NCBI GenBank assembly: GCA_963762565.1
Contig: CAVXLD010000011.1
Coordinates: 128,001-192,000 of the forward strand
DNA length: 64,000 nucleotides
Source of the DNA: an uncultured Verrucomicrobiae bacterium
GTDB lineage: Bacteria; Verrucomicrobiota; Verrucomicrobiia; Chthoniobacterales; JAFAMB01
Direction: 5' to 3'
How positions within the stretch are numbered: the stretch's first letter is position 1; every line of letters begins with the position of its first letter. Shown here in pieces: positions 19,600 through 28,696 of the stretch. Position numbers and translations under genes: made by a program. The notes beneath the pieces were generated by a model. It made no database searches. It worked only from the letters and a program-made list of their open reading frames with translations, and was not told where the DNA came from.

Positions 19600-21774
19600 C
19601 TAATGCTTGCTCAGGGCGGGCTTCTCACTCCGTACCTTGCCAGTACGCTCCAAAAACGACGCCTGGGCATCCACTCGTGGGTCCTCGGACGGAACTCGAA
19701 TATACGGTCCCTCTGCTGCCAGCTGTTCCCGGGCCTTGACGTTGTCTCTCCAATAGGTGTCGAGAACATTCTCCACCTGTTCCCGCAACGATGCGTCTTC
19801 GACCGGGCAACTGATTTCGACACGGCGCAAGAAATTCCGTGCCGTCCAATCCGCACTCGCCAGATAGACCTCCGGGTTACCGGCATTTTCGAATCGATAA
19901 ACTCGGCTATGCTCCAAGAATCGGCCGACAATACTGCGTACAGTGATGTTCTCGCTGATCCCGGGTATACCAGGACGCAGACAGCAAACTCCCCTTACCA
20001 AAAGTCTAATCTTCACCCCCGCTTGTGAAGCCGAGTACAAAGCTTTGATGACCTCTTGGTCGGCCAACGCGTTTACCTTCACGTAGATCCCAGCCGGTTT
20101 ACCCTCCAAAGCGTGGCGTATTTCTCGCTGGATTAGCTCCAGTACGAATTCGTGCAACCCTTTTGGAGCCGCCTTAATCTTAGTTAAGTCAGGAAAAAGT
20201 GCGACGCCGGTTAACCAGTTAAAAAGTTCAGCCGTGTCGTCGGTGATTTGGGGGTCGCAGGTTAGTAAGCCAAAATCTTCATAACTCCTGGCGGTGGCCG
20301 GATTATAATTGCCGGTACCAAGATGGAGATATCGCCGAATGCCATTTTCTTCTCGTCGAACGACCAGCGCTAACTTCGCTCGGGTAATCAAGCCAGTGAT
20401 TCCATAAACCACGTGCGCACCCGCCTCTTGCAACATCCTGGCCCATTTAATATTGGATGCTTCTTCGAAGCTGGCTTTGAGCTCGATCACCACGGTTACC
20501 TGCTTCCCGCTTTCCGAGGCCTCCGCTAGGGCCTCGACTATGGGCGAAACGCCGCCGGTCCGGTAAAGCGTTTGTTTGATCGCCATCACCTGTGGGTCTT
20601 CAGCGGCTTGCCGAATGAAATCCACCACCGCCCCGAAACTATCGTAAGGATGATGCAACAATATCGACTTGGACCGGATCTGCGAAAAGATATCTTGGGT
20701 GTGCTCCGGCAGGGTCACTCGGGCTGGAACAAATGGGCGAAATTTGAGATCTGGTCGATCGATTTGCTCGACCACCGTCATTAAACGCAGAAAGTTGATG
20801 GGCCCGTCGACCTGATCGAGATCCTCTTCCGTTAATCCAAAGGTCTGGAGCAATTGATCGGCGATGTGCTTTGGACAATCAGATTGGACCTCCAAGCGAA
20901 CTGCGTCTCCTCGGCTACGCTTACGCAATTCATGTTCAACCGTCTCCAGAAAGTTATCGGTCTCTTCCTCGTCCAGGTAGAGGTTACTGTTTCGAGTAAC
21001 TCTGAATTGATAAGCTCCTTTTACGGTGACCCCGTGGAATAGAGAATGAACCTGGCTTTGAATCAGGTTCCCGATAAAAATATAGCGGTAGATTCCTCTC
21101 TCGCCAGCTCGATAAGGCAGCAGGCGAGGCAGGATATGCGGGACCTGGACGACTCCCAGATTGGTGCTGATGGTCTCGCCTTCCAGTTCCACCGCTACGT
21201 TAAGACTTTTATTAAGCAATTGCGGGAACGGATGATTTGGATCCACCGCCAGAGGCGTGAGCACGGGATGAACCGAATTTTGAAAGTAGTTGGTATAGTA
21301 CTGCTGTTCCTCGGGGGTCAGCTCGTCGCATCTTAGAAAGAAGATATTATTTTCCTCCAGGGCCGGTACCAATCTCTCTCTCCAAATCCGATACATGTCG
21401 TTCACCATCCGGCGAACCCGCCCGGAAATTGCGGCAAGTTGCTCGCTAGGTCCCATCCCGTCAGCGCCGGCCAAACTCAGGTGGCTTTGCCGCTGTTGTT
21501 TAAGGCCGGCCACCCGCACTTCGAAGAACTGATCCAGATTTGCCGCCACGATACAAAGAAACCTCAGGCGTTCCAGCAGAGGGTTGCTCGCGTCATCCAC
21601 CTCTTCCAGAACTCGCTCATGATATTCCAAAAGGCTCAGCTCGCGGTTGTTGTAGAGCGAAGGATTGGATAAATCCGGCCCGCTCGTGGTCCCCGCAGCA
21701 GACGATCCGTTTCGTTTATGGGCTGCGTTACTACGCGGTTCTGGAACACCTCTGATTCGTGCCGTACTCGACAT
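19600..21774 (-). CDS. ppk1: Polyphosphate kinase 1 homologue with substituted catalytic residues
   Basis: NRELS, FFEVRVAGL, HPFP, LLHHPYDSF, KQTLYRT, HLGTGNYN, VGRFLEHSR and RRVE motifs; but GLITRAKL in place of GLKTHAK. Confidence 0.93.
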   Translation of the reverse strand: MSSTARIRGVPEPRSNAAHKRNGSSAAGTTSGPDLSNPSLYNNRELSLLEYHERVLEEVDDASNPLLERLRFLCIVAANLDQFFEVRVAGLKQQRQSHLSLAGADGMGPSEQLAAISGRVRRMVNDMYRIWRERLVPALEENNIFFLRCDELTPEEQQYYTNYFQNSVHPVLTPLAVDPNHPFPQLLNKSLNVAVELEGETISTNLGVVQVPHILPRLLPYRAGERGIYRYIFIGNLIQSQVHSLFHGVTVKGAYQFRVTRNSNLYLDEEETDNFLETVEHELRKRSRGDAVRLEVQSDCPKHIADQLLQTFGLTEEDLDQVDGPINFLRLMTVVEQIDRPDLKFRPFVPARVTLPEHTQDIFSQIRSKSILLHHPYDSFGAVVDFIRQAAEDPQVMAIKQTLYRTGGVSPIVEALAEASESGKQVTVVIELKASFEEASNIKWARMLQEAGAHVVYGITGLITRAKLALVVRREENGIRRYLHLGTGNYNPATARSYEDFGLLTCDPQITDDTAELFNWLTGVALFPDLTKIKAAPKGLHEFVLELIQREIRHALEGKPAGIYVKVNALADQEVIKALYSASQAGVKIRLLVRGVCCLRPGIPGISENITVRSIVGRFLEHSRVYRFENAGNPEVYLASADWTARNFLRRVEISCPVEDASLREQVENVLDTYWRDNVKAREQLAAEGPYIRVPSEDPRVDAQASFLERTGKVRSEKPALSKH

Positions 21775-21859
21775 CCCAGATCATAGCTTATTTCTTTGAG
21801 GAGTTCGAGGAAGTTGGTAGGGCGGGCGAGCTCAGTCTAGCCCGCGAGGCTCCTGAATA

Positions 21860-22109
21860 GGGGTCGCCACCCGTGGAGCGCTGCCTCGCTTGCGAGGCCG
21901 ATGGTGAGCAGAGATAATGGTGTTGCAGGCTTGTCGTCGACCAGCGCTCTTTAAGCGTGTGCAGTTTCCGCATCTGAGAGTCCTAGGGAAACGAATTACC
22001 GAAATCCGAGCATCACATAGAGCGCAGACACATTTTAGTCTGACTCACGCTCTCCCATTGCTCACCATCGGCCTCGCAAGCGAGGCAGCGCTCCACGGGT
22101 CGCGATCCC
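21860..22109. repeat. Family-A REPIN-like element, copy 4
   Basis: Inverted arms; CGCTCT 21945, AGAGCG 22019. Confidence 0.85.
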
Positions 22110-22151
22110 GCCGCCTTTTGTTATCTTCTGTAAAAGATCTAGCTTACGCTG

Positions 22152-23066
22152 TTGAAGACTGTCTTAACCGAACTCTTGGAGATCGCCTGCGAAGAAGCGG
22201 GAGAACCCACCGGCGGGCCAGTCATTTTGCTGCATGGTTTCCCGGACGACGCGAAAGCCTGGGCTGCGGTAGCAAGAGATCTATCCGATGCCGGATTCTA
22301 TACGGTCGCTCCGTACCTGCGTGGCTTTGGCCCGACCCGGTTCCGGTATCCTGAAACACCGAGATCCGGTCAGCAGGCTGCCTTAGCTGCTGATCTCCGG
22401 GATTTGATGATAGCCCTCAACCTGCAGCAGCCGATTTTGGTAGGCTATGACTGGGGTGCTCGAGCCGCTTGCACAGTGGCTGCTCTTTGGCCAGCACAGG
22501 TTGGAGGGCTTGTTTCCATCGGTGGTTACAACATTGAAGATCTCGCGTCCGATCAAAGACCGGCCTCAGCCGCGGACGAACATCGAGCTTGGTACCAATG
22601 GTACTTTCATACCGAACGCGGCAAATTGGGTATGGAGCAAAACCGGCGCGCGATTTGCCGCTTATTATGGGAACTCTGGTGTCCCGACTGGACGTTTAGT
22701 GATGCTGAATTTAATGAAGCCGCGTGGAGCTTCGATAACCCTGACTTTGTAGATATCGTCGTCCATTCCTATCGCCATCGCTATGGGGCTGTGCTCGGCG
22801 ACCCGGCGCTGGAATCAATCGAGCGACAGTTGGTTGGCCAACCGGTTATACAAGTGCCAACCATCGTTCTCCACGGGGAAGGGGATGGCGTTCATCCTCC
22901 GGAACGTTCCGAGGGCCAGGAAAAACTCTTTTCCGGTTATTACGAACGCTGGCTGATTCCTCACGCCGGTCATTTATTCCCGCGCGAAGCCCCGGACGCC
23001 GTCATAGCCGCGGTTCAAAAACTAGCCCGCCTCTCCACTGGGACAGAAGATAAGCTGAAGGACTGA
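22152..23066 (+). CDS. Alpha/beta hydrolase (epoxide-hydrolase-like)
   Basis: LLHGFP, PYLRGFG, nucleophile GYDWG, AGH. Confidence 0.92.
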   Translation: MKTVLTELLEIACEEAGEPTGGPVILLHGFPDDAKAWAAVARDLSDAGFYTVAPYLRGFGPTRFRYPETPRSGQQAALAADLRDLMIALNLQQPILVGYDWGARAACTVAALWPAQVGGLVSIGGYNIEDLASDQRPASAADEHRAWYQWYFHTERGKLGMEQNRRAICRLLWELWCPDWTFSDAEFNEAAWSFDNPDFVDIVVHSYRHRYGAVLGDPALESIERQLVGQPVIQVPTIVLHGEGDGVHPPERSEGQEKLFSGYYERWLIPHAGHLFPREAPDAVIAAVQKLARLSTGTEDKLKD

Positions 23067-23069
23067 GTT

Positions 23070-23770
23070 TTTTTTACAGAAGGTAACGAAGCTAAGGAAG
23101 GATTATTCGTTCGCGGCTGCGCATGTGTCGGAAGGCGGTTCAATCCTTCGTGCCGTTCAACTCCTTTCGTAACGAATTCTGTATCATAGGTAGAAGGCGA
23201 GGTTGTCTTAGCGTCCACGGTCGCTCTAATAATCCGAGCATGCACCCAGACTTTCAAAAAGCGATGGATTTTACAAAGGTCATCATCAATTCTGCCATTG
23301 AAGTACATCGAGACAAAGGTCCTGGCTTGTTTGAATCAATTTATCAATGGTGCCTGGAGAAAGAATTGGAGCTGCGCTCCCTGTCGTTTGTCAGCCAGAA
23401 AGCGGTGACGATCCATTACAAGGGATTTACAAAAGACGAGCCGCTTCGTTTCGATATCCTCGTCGAAGATTCCCTGTTGGTTGAAGCGAAATCTGTCGCA
23501 AAAGTCCTACCGATTCATAAGGCGCAAACATTGAGCTACATGAAACTGCTCAATGTGCCGGTCGGGTTGCTGCTCAATTTCAACGAGATGAGGCTGGTAG
23601 ACGGCGTGCATCGCCTGATACTCCCAGGAGCAAATCGTTAGCGTACGAACCAGATAGAATAAGAAGAGAAAGTTTTAAGGAGATCCCTAAGGCGTAGCCC
23701 GTTCTCATTCGCCATGGGACTCAGAAAGCTCTAAAAATCCTTCGTTAGCTTCGTTCCCTTCTGTAAAAAA
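23070..23770. mobile_element. Putative GxxExxY element bounded by 35-bp terminal inverted repeats
   Basis: 23070-23104 versus the reverse complement of 23736-23770: 33 of 35 identical; encloses only the GxxExxY gene. Confidence 0.55.
23240..23641 (+). CDS. GxxExxY protein (PD-(D/E)XK nuclease fold)
   Basis: VHRDKGPGLFESIY, RFDILVE, VEAKSV, GLLLNF. Confidence 0.93.
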   Translation: MHPDFQKAMDFTKVIINSAIEVHRDKGPGLFESIYQWCLEKELELRSLSFVSQKAVTIHYKGFTKDEPLRFDILVEDSLLVEAKSVAKVLPIHKAQTLSYMKLLNVPVGLLLNFNEMRLVDGVHRLILPGANR

Positions 23771-23825
23771 TTCTTGGTTTTCTCTCCCTTAGCTTCGTTT
23801 GCTCCTGTACTGCTTTGTGGTGGTC

Positions 23826-24464
23826 ATGAAAACGATTCTTTGTTTCGGTGATTCCAATACTTGGGGGTATCGGCCTGATGGCGCCGGTCGATTTGAATGG
23901 GAAGTGCGCTGGCCTGGCGTTCTCCAACGCGAATTGTCAGGTTACGCACGGGTAATCGAAGAGGGACTCAATGCCCGCACCTCGGTTTTTGATGACCCGG
24001 TAGAAGGAGTCGCCGTTTGCCGGAATGGATCGCGTCACTTGCCGGTTTTGTTGGAGACCCATCGGCCCTTGGATCTGGTGGTCATCTTTCTCGGGGTAAA
24101 CGACCTGAAGCGGCGGTTCAATGCAGCGCCCTTCGATATCGCTCAAGGGTCAAGCCAGCTGGTGGGGATGGTTCAACGTTCGTTAGCCGGCCCGGAGGGG
24201 AAAGCGCCGCAGGTGCTCTTGATTTGTCCGCCGCCAGTCAAAGTCCTTAACGCTTTGGCGGGTCTTTTTGAAGGAGCGATTGCCAAATCCAGCGGCTTAG
24301 CCAGTGAATATGCTTGGCAAGCCGGCCGAGCCGGCTGTCATTTTCTTGACGCCGGCGCCATCGTTAGCCTAAGTCCGGAGGACGGGATCCATTTGGATGC
24401 GGAAGGCCATAGCGCTTTGGGCTCTAGAGTCGCCGAGGTTGCGAGAAACATTCTCTCGCAATGA
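23826..24464 (+). CDS. SGNH/GDSL hydrolase (arylesterase/acyltransferase-like)
   Basis: CFGDSNTWG, EEGLNART, LGVND, DGIH. Confidence 0.93.
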   Translation: MKTILCFGDSNTWGYRPDGAGRFEWEVRWPGVLQRELSGYARVIEEGLNARTSVFDDPVEGVAVCRNGSRHLPVLLETHRPLDLVVIFLGVNDLKRRFNAAPFDIAQGSSQLVGMVQRSLAGPEGKAPQVLLICPPPVKVLNALAGLFEGAIAKSSGLASEYAWQAGRAGCHFLDAGAIVSLSPEDGIHLDAEGHSALGSRVAEVARNILSQ

Positions 24465-24542
24465 ATAGCGACGAAGAGTCGCGCAAACGCAGGCAGAATC
24501 TTGGCCTCTAACTCCCGTCGAGGAACGAAACCGCGTACGCCA

Positions 24543-25289
24543 CTACGACGATAACTTCAGCCCGATCGCGCTGACCCAGGATTGGGCGAACAAACTCCAA
24601 GGTAATAGCGCCCATTCGCGTAACCTCGCACCACACTCATTATGTTCGGCTTGTTCTAATTGAATCGCCAAGTATTCCGCGATTATGCGTGAGTCCGAAT
24701 AACATTCGTAACGAGCCTGAACCTTCTGTGCTGCCAAACCGCCGGCTACTAACCACGATCCAAGTTGTCGACCAGCCAGCGTTTTTCCTCCATTCTTCTC
24801 CTGCAACATCCTATACTGCCTGATTGCGGTCTCCACCCGGTCGTCGCTTGGACTCAAAATAAATCCGCCCCAGTCCGGGCTACATAGTCCAGCCAAACCA
24901 CCCGGTCGCAGAACCCGCTGAATCTCGCGAACCCCTCGAACCGGGTCCGCCAGATGCTCGAACAGGGCATGGGAGAACACTAAGTCAAAAGTATTGTTTT
25001 CGAAGGGCAGGTCATAAACTGAAGCCACTTGAAACGTGAGAATTGGGGTGGCACGCGACTTGGCGACCTCAATCTGCGATTCACCGAAATCGATACCGGT
25101 AACGTGACCATCCGGTCCGACTGCTTCCGCCAGCCCGATTGAAATCGCGCCCGGACCGCAGCCGCAATCTAGCACTTTCATTCCCGGTCTGAGATAGGGC
25201 CTGATAAACTCACCGTGGCTGCCGAACGAGCGTGATGCCATAAAGGCGGTCGCGTTAGCCGAATGCCCTGGAGTGTACTGTTCGTCCAT
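24543..25289 (-). CDS. Class I SAM-dependent methyltransferase
   Basis: VLDCGCGPG, LPFENNTFD, RVLRPGG; start trimmed to MDEQYTPGH. Confidence 0.92.
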   Translation of the reverse strand: MDEQYTPGHSANATAFMASRSFGSHGEFIRPYLRPGMKVLDCGCGPGAISIGLAEAVGPDGHVTGIDFGESQIEVAKSRATPILTFQVASVYDLPFENNTFDLVFSHALFEHLADPVRGVREIQRVLRPGGLAGLCSPDWGGFILSPSDDRVETAIRQYRMLQEKNGGKTLAGRQLGSWLVAGGLAAQKVQARYECYSDSRIIAEYLAIQLEQAEHNECGARLREWALLPWSLFAQSWVSAIGLKLSS

Positions 25290-25465
25290 CCAATGAATCT
25301 CACGCAAAGACGCAAAGTCGCAAAGAGAAGGGCATAGACTTCGGATGAAGTTCCACGAAAAATGCGTGAAATCCACACTGGTGAAACACAAACCAAACGA
25401 GGTGATCGCCTCACACGCTGCGCCTTTCTTCCACCTATCACCAATCACCAATCACCAATCACCAA

Positions 25466-26764
25466 TCACGTTCCTTTATTCGCTACCCAACGGTCTAAAT
25501 TCGGCAGAAAAACCGTAAGCAGTCCCAGCAAGGGTAGGAAGGAACAGACATGATAAACAAAGTTGATACTGGTCAGATCCGCTAGCTGGCCGAGCACCGC
25601 CGAGCCTAATCCTCCCATCCCGAAGGCGAGTCCGTAAAAGATACCGCCGATCATTCCCACTTTTCCCGGGACCAGTTCTTGTGCATAAACGATGATCGCG
25701 GAGAAAGCGGAAGCTAGAATCAATCCAATGATCACAGACAGTACGCAGGTCCAGAACAAATCCGCATAGGGCAACAAGATGGTGAACGGAGTTACTCCCA
25801 AGATCGAGAACCAGATAACCAGTTTTCTACCATAGCGATCACCAATTGGTCCGCCGATAATTGTGCCGATCGCGACCGCGAACAGGAACAGGAAGAGCAA
25901 CATCTGCGAGCTCTGAACCGATAAATGAAACCGGTCGATTAGATAGAACGTGTAGTAGCTGCTGATACTAGCCAAATAAAAGTACTTGGAGAATATCAGT
26001 GCCGCCAAGATTGAAATAATCGCAAACACCTTCCATCGCGGTATCGGTGGCCGGCTTGATGAATGGCGGGCGGATTTCTTTTGCTGCGATCTTCTAATCT
26101 TTTGGTACCAAAGCCCGACTCGGCTGAGGACGAGAATGGCAACAAGGGCAAGAATCGAAAACCAGGCGATGCTGTGTTGTCCCCATGGGACCACGACCAT
26201 GGCTGCGAGCGCAGGCCCAAGCGCTGTGCCCATGTAACCCCCAAGTTGAAATACCGATTGAGCCAAACCGTGACGTCCGCCCGAACTAAAACGAGCAAGA
26301 CGCGTAGCTTCAGGATGAAAGATCGAAGACCCGACTCCCACCAGGCCCGCTGCCAATAGGATGATCGCGTAATTCCAGGCTTGAGATAGCAAGAGCAACC
26401 CGCAGAGGCTGACCCCCATTCCGATCGCAAGCGAAAACGGTTTGGGTTTATGATCGGTGTACACGCCGACCAATGGTTGCAAAAGAGACGAAGTCAGTTG
26501 GAAGGTTAACGTGATCAGGCCAATTTGGCCGAAATCTAAACGGAACGCGGTCTTGAGAACCGGGTATATGGCTGGGATCAACGATTGAACGGTATCGTTC
26601 AGGAGATGGGAAAAACAAAGGCTGATGAGGATGGTAGTGACTACCTTCTCACGGTCGTGGGGATCCGGTGGCGGTAGCGTGGGCGAAGGCAAACCGGTGT
26701 TCTCTGCGAAATCGGGAGTGGCGATGCGGCTGTCCAAATCGGGTCGGGGACTTCTTGTTTCCAT
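25466..26764 (-). CDS. fsr: MFS transporter, Fsr (fosmidomycin-resistance) family
   Basis: SHLLND, LLQPLVG, FHPEA, GDRYGRK; about 12 TM segments. Confidence 0.88.
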   Translation of the reverse strand: METRSPRPDLDSRIATPDFAENTGLPSPTLPPPDPHDREKVVTTILISLCFSHLLNDTVQSLIPAIYPVLKTAFRLDFGQIGLITLTFQLTSSLLQPLVGVYTDHKPKPFSLAIGMGVSLCGLLLLSQAWNYAIILLAAGLVGVGSSIFHPEATRLARFSSGGRHGLAQSVFQLGGYMGTALGPALAAMVVVPWGQHSIAWFSILALVAILVLSRVGLWYQKIRRSQQKKSARHSSSRPPIPRWKVFAIISILAALIFSKYFYLASISSYYTFYLIDRFHLSVQSSQMLLFLFLFAVAIGTIIGGPIGDRYGRKLVIWFSILGVTPFTILLPYADLFWTCVLSVIIGLILASAFSAIIVYAQELVPGKVGMIGGIFYGLAFGMGGLGSAVLGQLADLTSINFVYHVCSFLPLLGLLTVFLPNLDRWVANKGT

Positions 26765-26906
26765 TTATTTGCGTTTGTAAGTCTAGGCGTGTTCCACGGC
26801 TCCGACCGATTCGGCCTTGCAAGCGAGGCGCGCTCCACAGTCCAATAATCAAAATAGATGGACTTTGGCGTACGTCTCGGGGTATTCTGACAAAAAGTAG
26901 GGCAAA

Positions 26907-27674
26907 ATGGACAGATTGCCCCGAATGCATAGCGATCCGGACAGCGTGCCATGTCCCGCCTTCGTCCGGTCTCAACGTTATAAGGCAGGCGAGATTCCGG
27001 TTCACCGGCATAAACGCGGTCAGCTTCTCTGTGCCAGCGAAGGAGTGCTTACGGTTAGAACGGAAGACGGTCTGTGGGTCATCCCGCCACAGCGAGCGGT
27101 CTGGATAGCCCCAGGGACGCTCCATGCCGTCAGGTCCAGCAAAAGTTTTCGCCTGATCGCTTTGTGGGTTGAACCCGGATTCGCCAATCTCTCCCGGCGT
27201 TGTTGTGTGGTGAACGTTGATGGACTAATGGCGGAGCTGCTAAAAGCTGCAGCAGGATTTGGCGCCGACTATCGTCCTGGAAGTCCCGAAGAACGTTTGA
27301 TTCGCGTGCTCTTAGATCGGCTAAACAAGCTAACTATTGTTCCCCTATTCTTACCTGAGCCTCGCGACGAGCGGCTCAAGCGGATTACGCATGCCATGGC
27401 GGCTGATTTACAAAGCACGACCTCTCTCGACGTCTGGGCACGAAAAGCCGGGATTACTTTGCGCACGGCTGCCAGATTGTTTCGACAGCAAACCGGCATG
27501 AGTTTCGGTCAATGGCGGTTACAGCTCCGCCTATTGACCGCTTTAGAACAGTTAGCCAAAGGCGAAGCCGTTTCCAACGTTGCGTTGAATGTCGGTTACG
27601 CTGATGTCTCTTCCTTCATCGCCGTATTTAAATCTGCGTTAGGCCGGACTCCGGCGAAATATTTTCGGCAGTAG
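26907..27674 (+). CDS. AraC-family regulator with cupin sensor domain, divergent from fsr
   Basis: HRHKRGQL cupin; C-terminal VALNVGYADVSSFIAVFKSALGRTP HTH. Confidence 0.92.
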   Translation: MDRLPRMHSDPDSVPCPAFVRSQRYKAGEIPVHRHKRGQLLCASEGVLTVRTEDGLWVIPPQRAVWIAPGTLHAVRSSKSFRLIALWVEPGFANLSRRCCVVNVDGLMAELLKAAAGFGADYRPGSPEERLIRVLLDRLNKLTIVPLFLPEPRDERLKRITHAMAADLQSTTSLDVWARKAGITLRTAARLFRQQTGMSFGQWRLQLRLLTALEQLAKGEAVSNVALNVGYADVSSFIAVFKSALGRTPAKYFRQ

Positions 27675-27684
27675 CCGCTCCCAT

Positions 27685-27803
27685 GGAGGGATCGCGTCCT
27701 CGCGATCAGTTGTTCTCGAAGCCCAGGACGTGATCTGATCGCGGACGAGAATATCTTTTTAGATAGTGCCACGTCCTCCGGCGCGGGGGACGCGCGCCCT
27801 CCC
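27685..27803. repeat. Family-B paired REP element, copy 1
   Basis: GGAGGGATCGCGTCCTCGCGATC ... GCGCGGGGGACGCGCGCCCTCCC. Confidence 0.8.
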
Positions 27804-28203
27804 CGATCGGGGCGCTGCCTTCCCACATTCTAGAACAAAGTAAATCTCGCAGCTCCCGCATCTCTCAAGACACCCGAGAGTGCAGCCAGACGATACAGCG
27901 ACCAGGTTCGGGTATACTGCATGGTTTTTTTGCAAAATCCTGGATAACTCGTCTGCTGTGGCTGAAGGAGAGAACCGATCGCCGAACGTGCTCTCTGACC
28001 TATGTCGCTCTTTTCGACAGAGTAGTGACAGCGACGAAACATTCGAAGAGGCCGAGTTACTTGCCTGGTACAACAGCTGCTAAATATGAATGTCAAAGCA
28101 GTAATATTGGAATACCGGCAGTTCCCGGGGCAGAGACTGTCAGTGAGCGACCTTGAGCGGCACGTTGTAGGATCAGTAACCGGGCGCTGTCACTTAGGAG
28201 TTT

Positions 28204-28446
28204 ATGCAAACGCTTGCTTTCCTTTGGGGTGAGTTGAAAACAGCTAAACGCCAGCTTAACGAAACTCTGACGGATAGTCAGGAAACTGGTGAGAAGAATT
28301 TAGCAGCTCGAAAAGAGGTTCGACCGGAGCCGACCGAGATCGGTACGAAAGAACAAGTCACGGATCAAAGCACAGAGCGCTGCAAGAACGAAAAACCGCG
28401 CCAGCGTTCTTCACCATCCGACGGCTGCTCTTGGGCTAGGGTTTAG
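28204..28446 (+). CDS. Hypothetical protein (80 aa)
   Basis: AGGAG just before the ATG; no recognised domain. Confidence 0.3.
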   Translation: MQTLAFLWGELKTAKRQLNETLTDSQETGEKNLAARKEVRPEPTEIGTKEQVTDQSTERCKNEKPRQRSSPSDGCSWARV

Positions 28447-28558
28447 TCTGGCGGTTTGGGGAGACTAACCAGGCTATGTAATACGCGTCTCCATTTTGAA
28501 GGCAAATCGAGGCGCTCCTTTACCAACGAGCGTGAACGCCGACAACGGACAAGAAAGG

Positions 28559-28682
28559 GGGAGGGCGCGCGTCCCCGCGCGCCGCGAAGACGTTCAGAGT
28601 CCCCAGGCGTGATCTCATTTCTTGATCGACAAGCACTCGCGGCTCTGCACGAACGAAGGATCGCGGGGACGCGATCCCTCCC
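28559..28682. repeat. Family-B paired REP element, copy 2
   Basis: GGGAGGGCGCGCGTCCCCGCGCGC ... GATCGCGGGGACGCGATCCCTCCC. Confidence 0.85.
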
Positions 28683-28696
28683 AGCGCCGGGGCCTC

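Noticed and set aside
27759..28096. Short ORFs downstream of the AraC gene
   Set aside because: No RBS or recognisable motif; overlapping candidates on both strands cannot be ranked.
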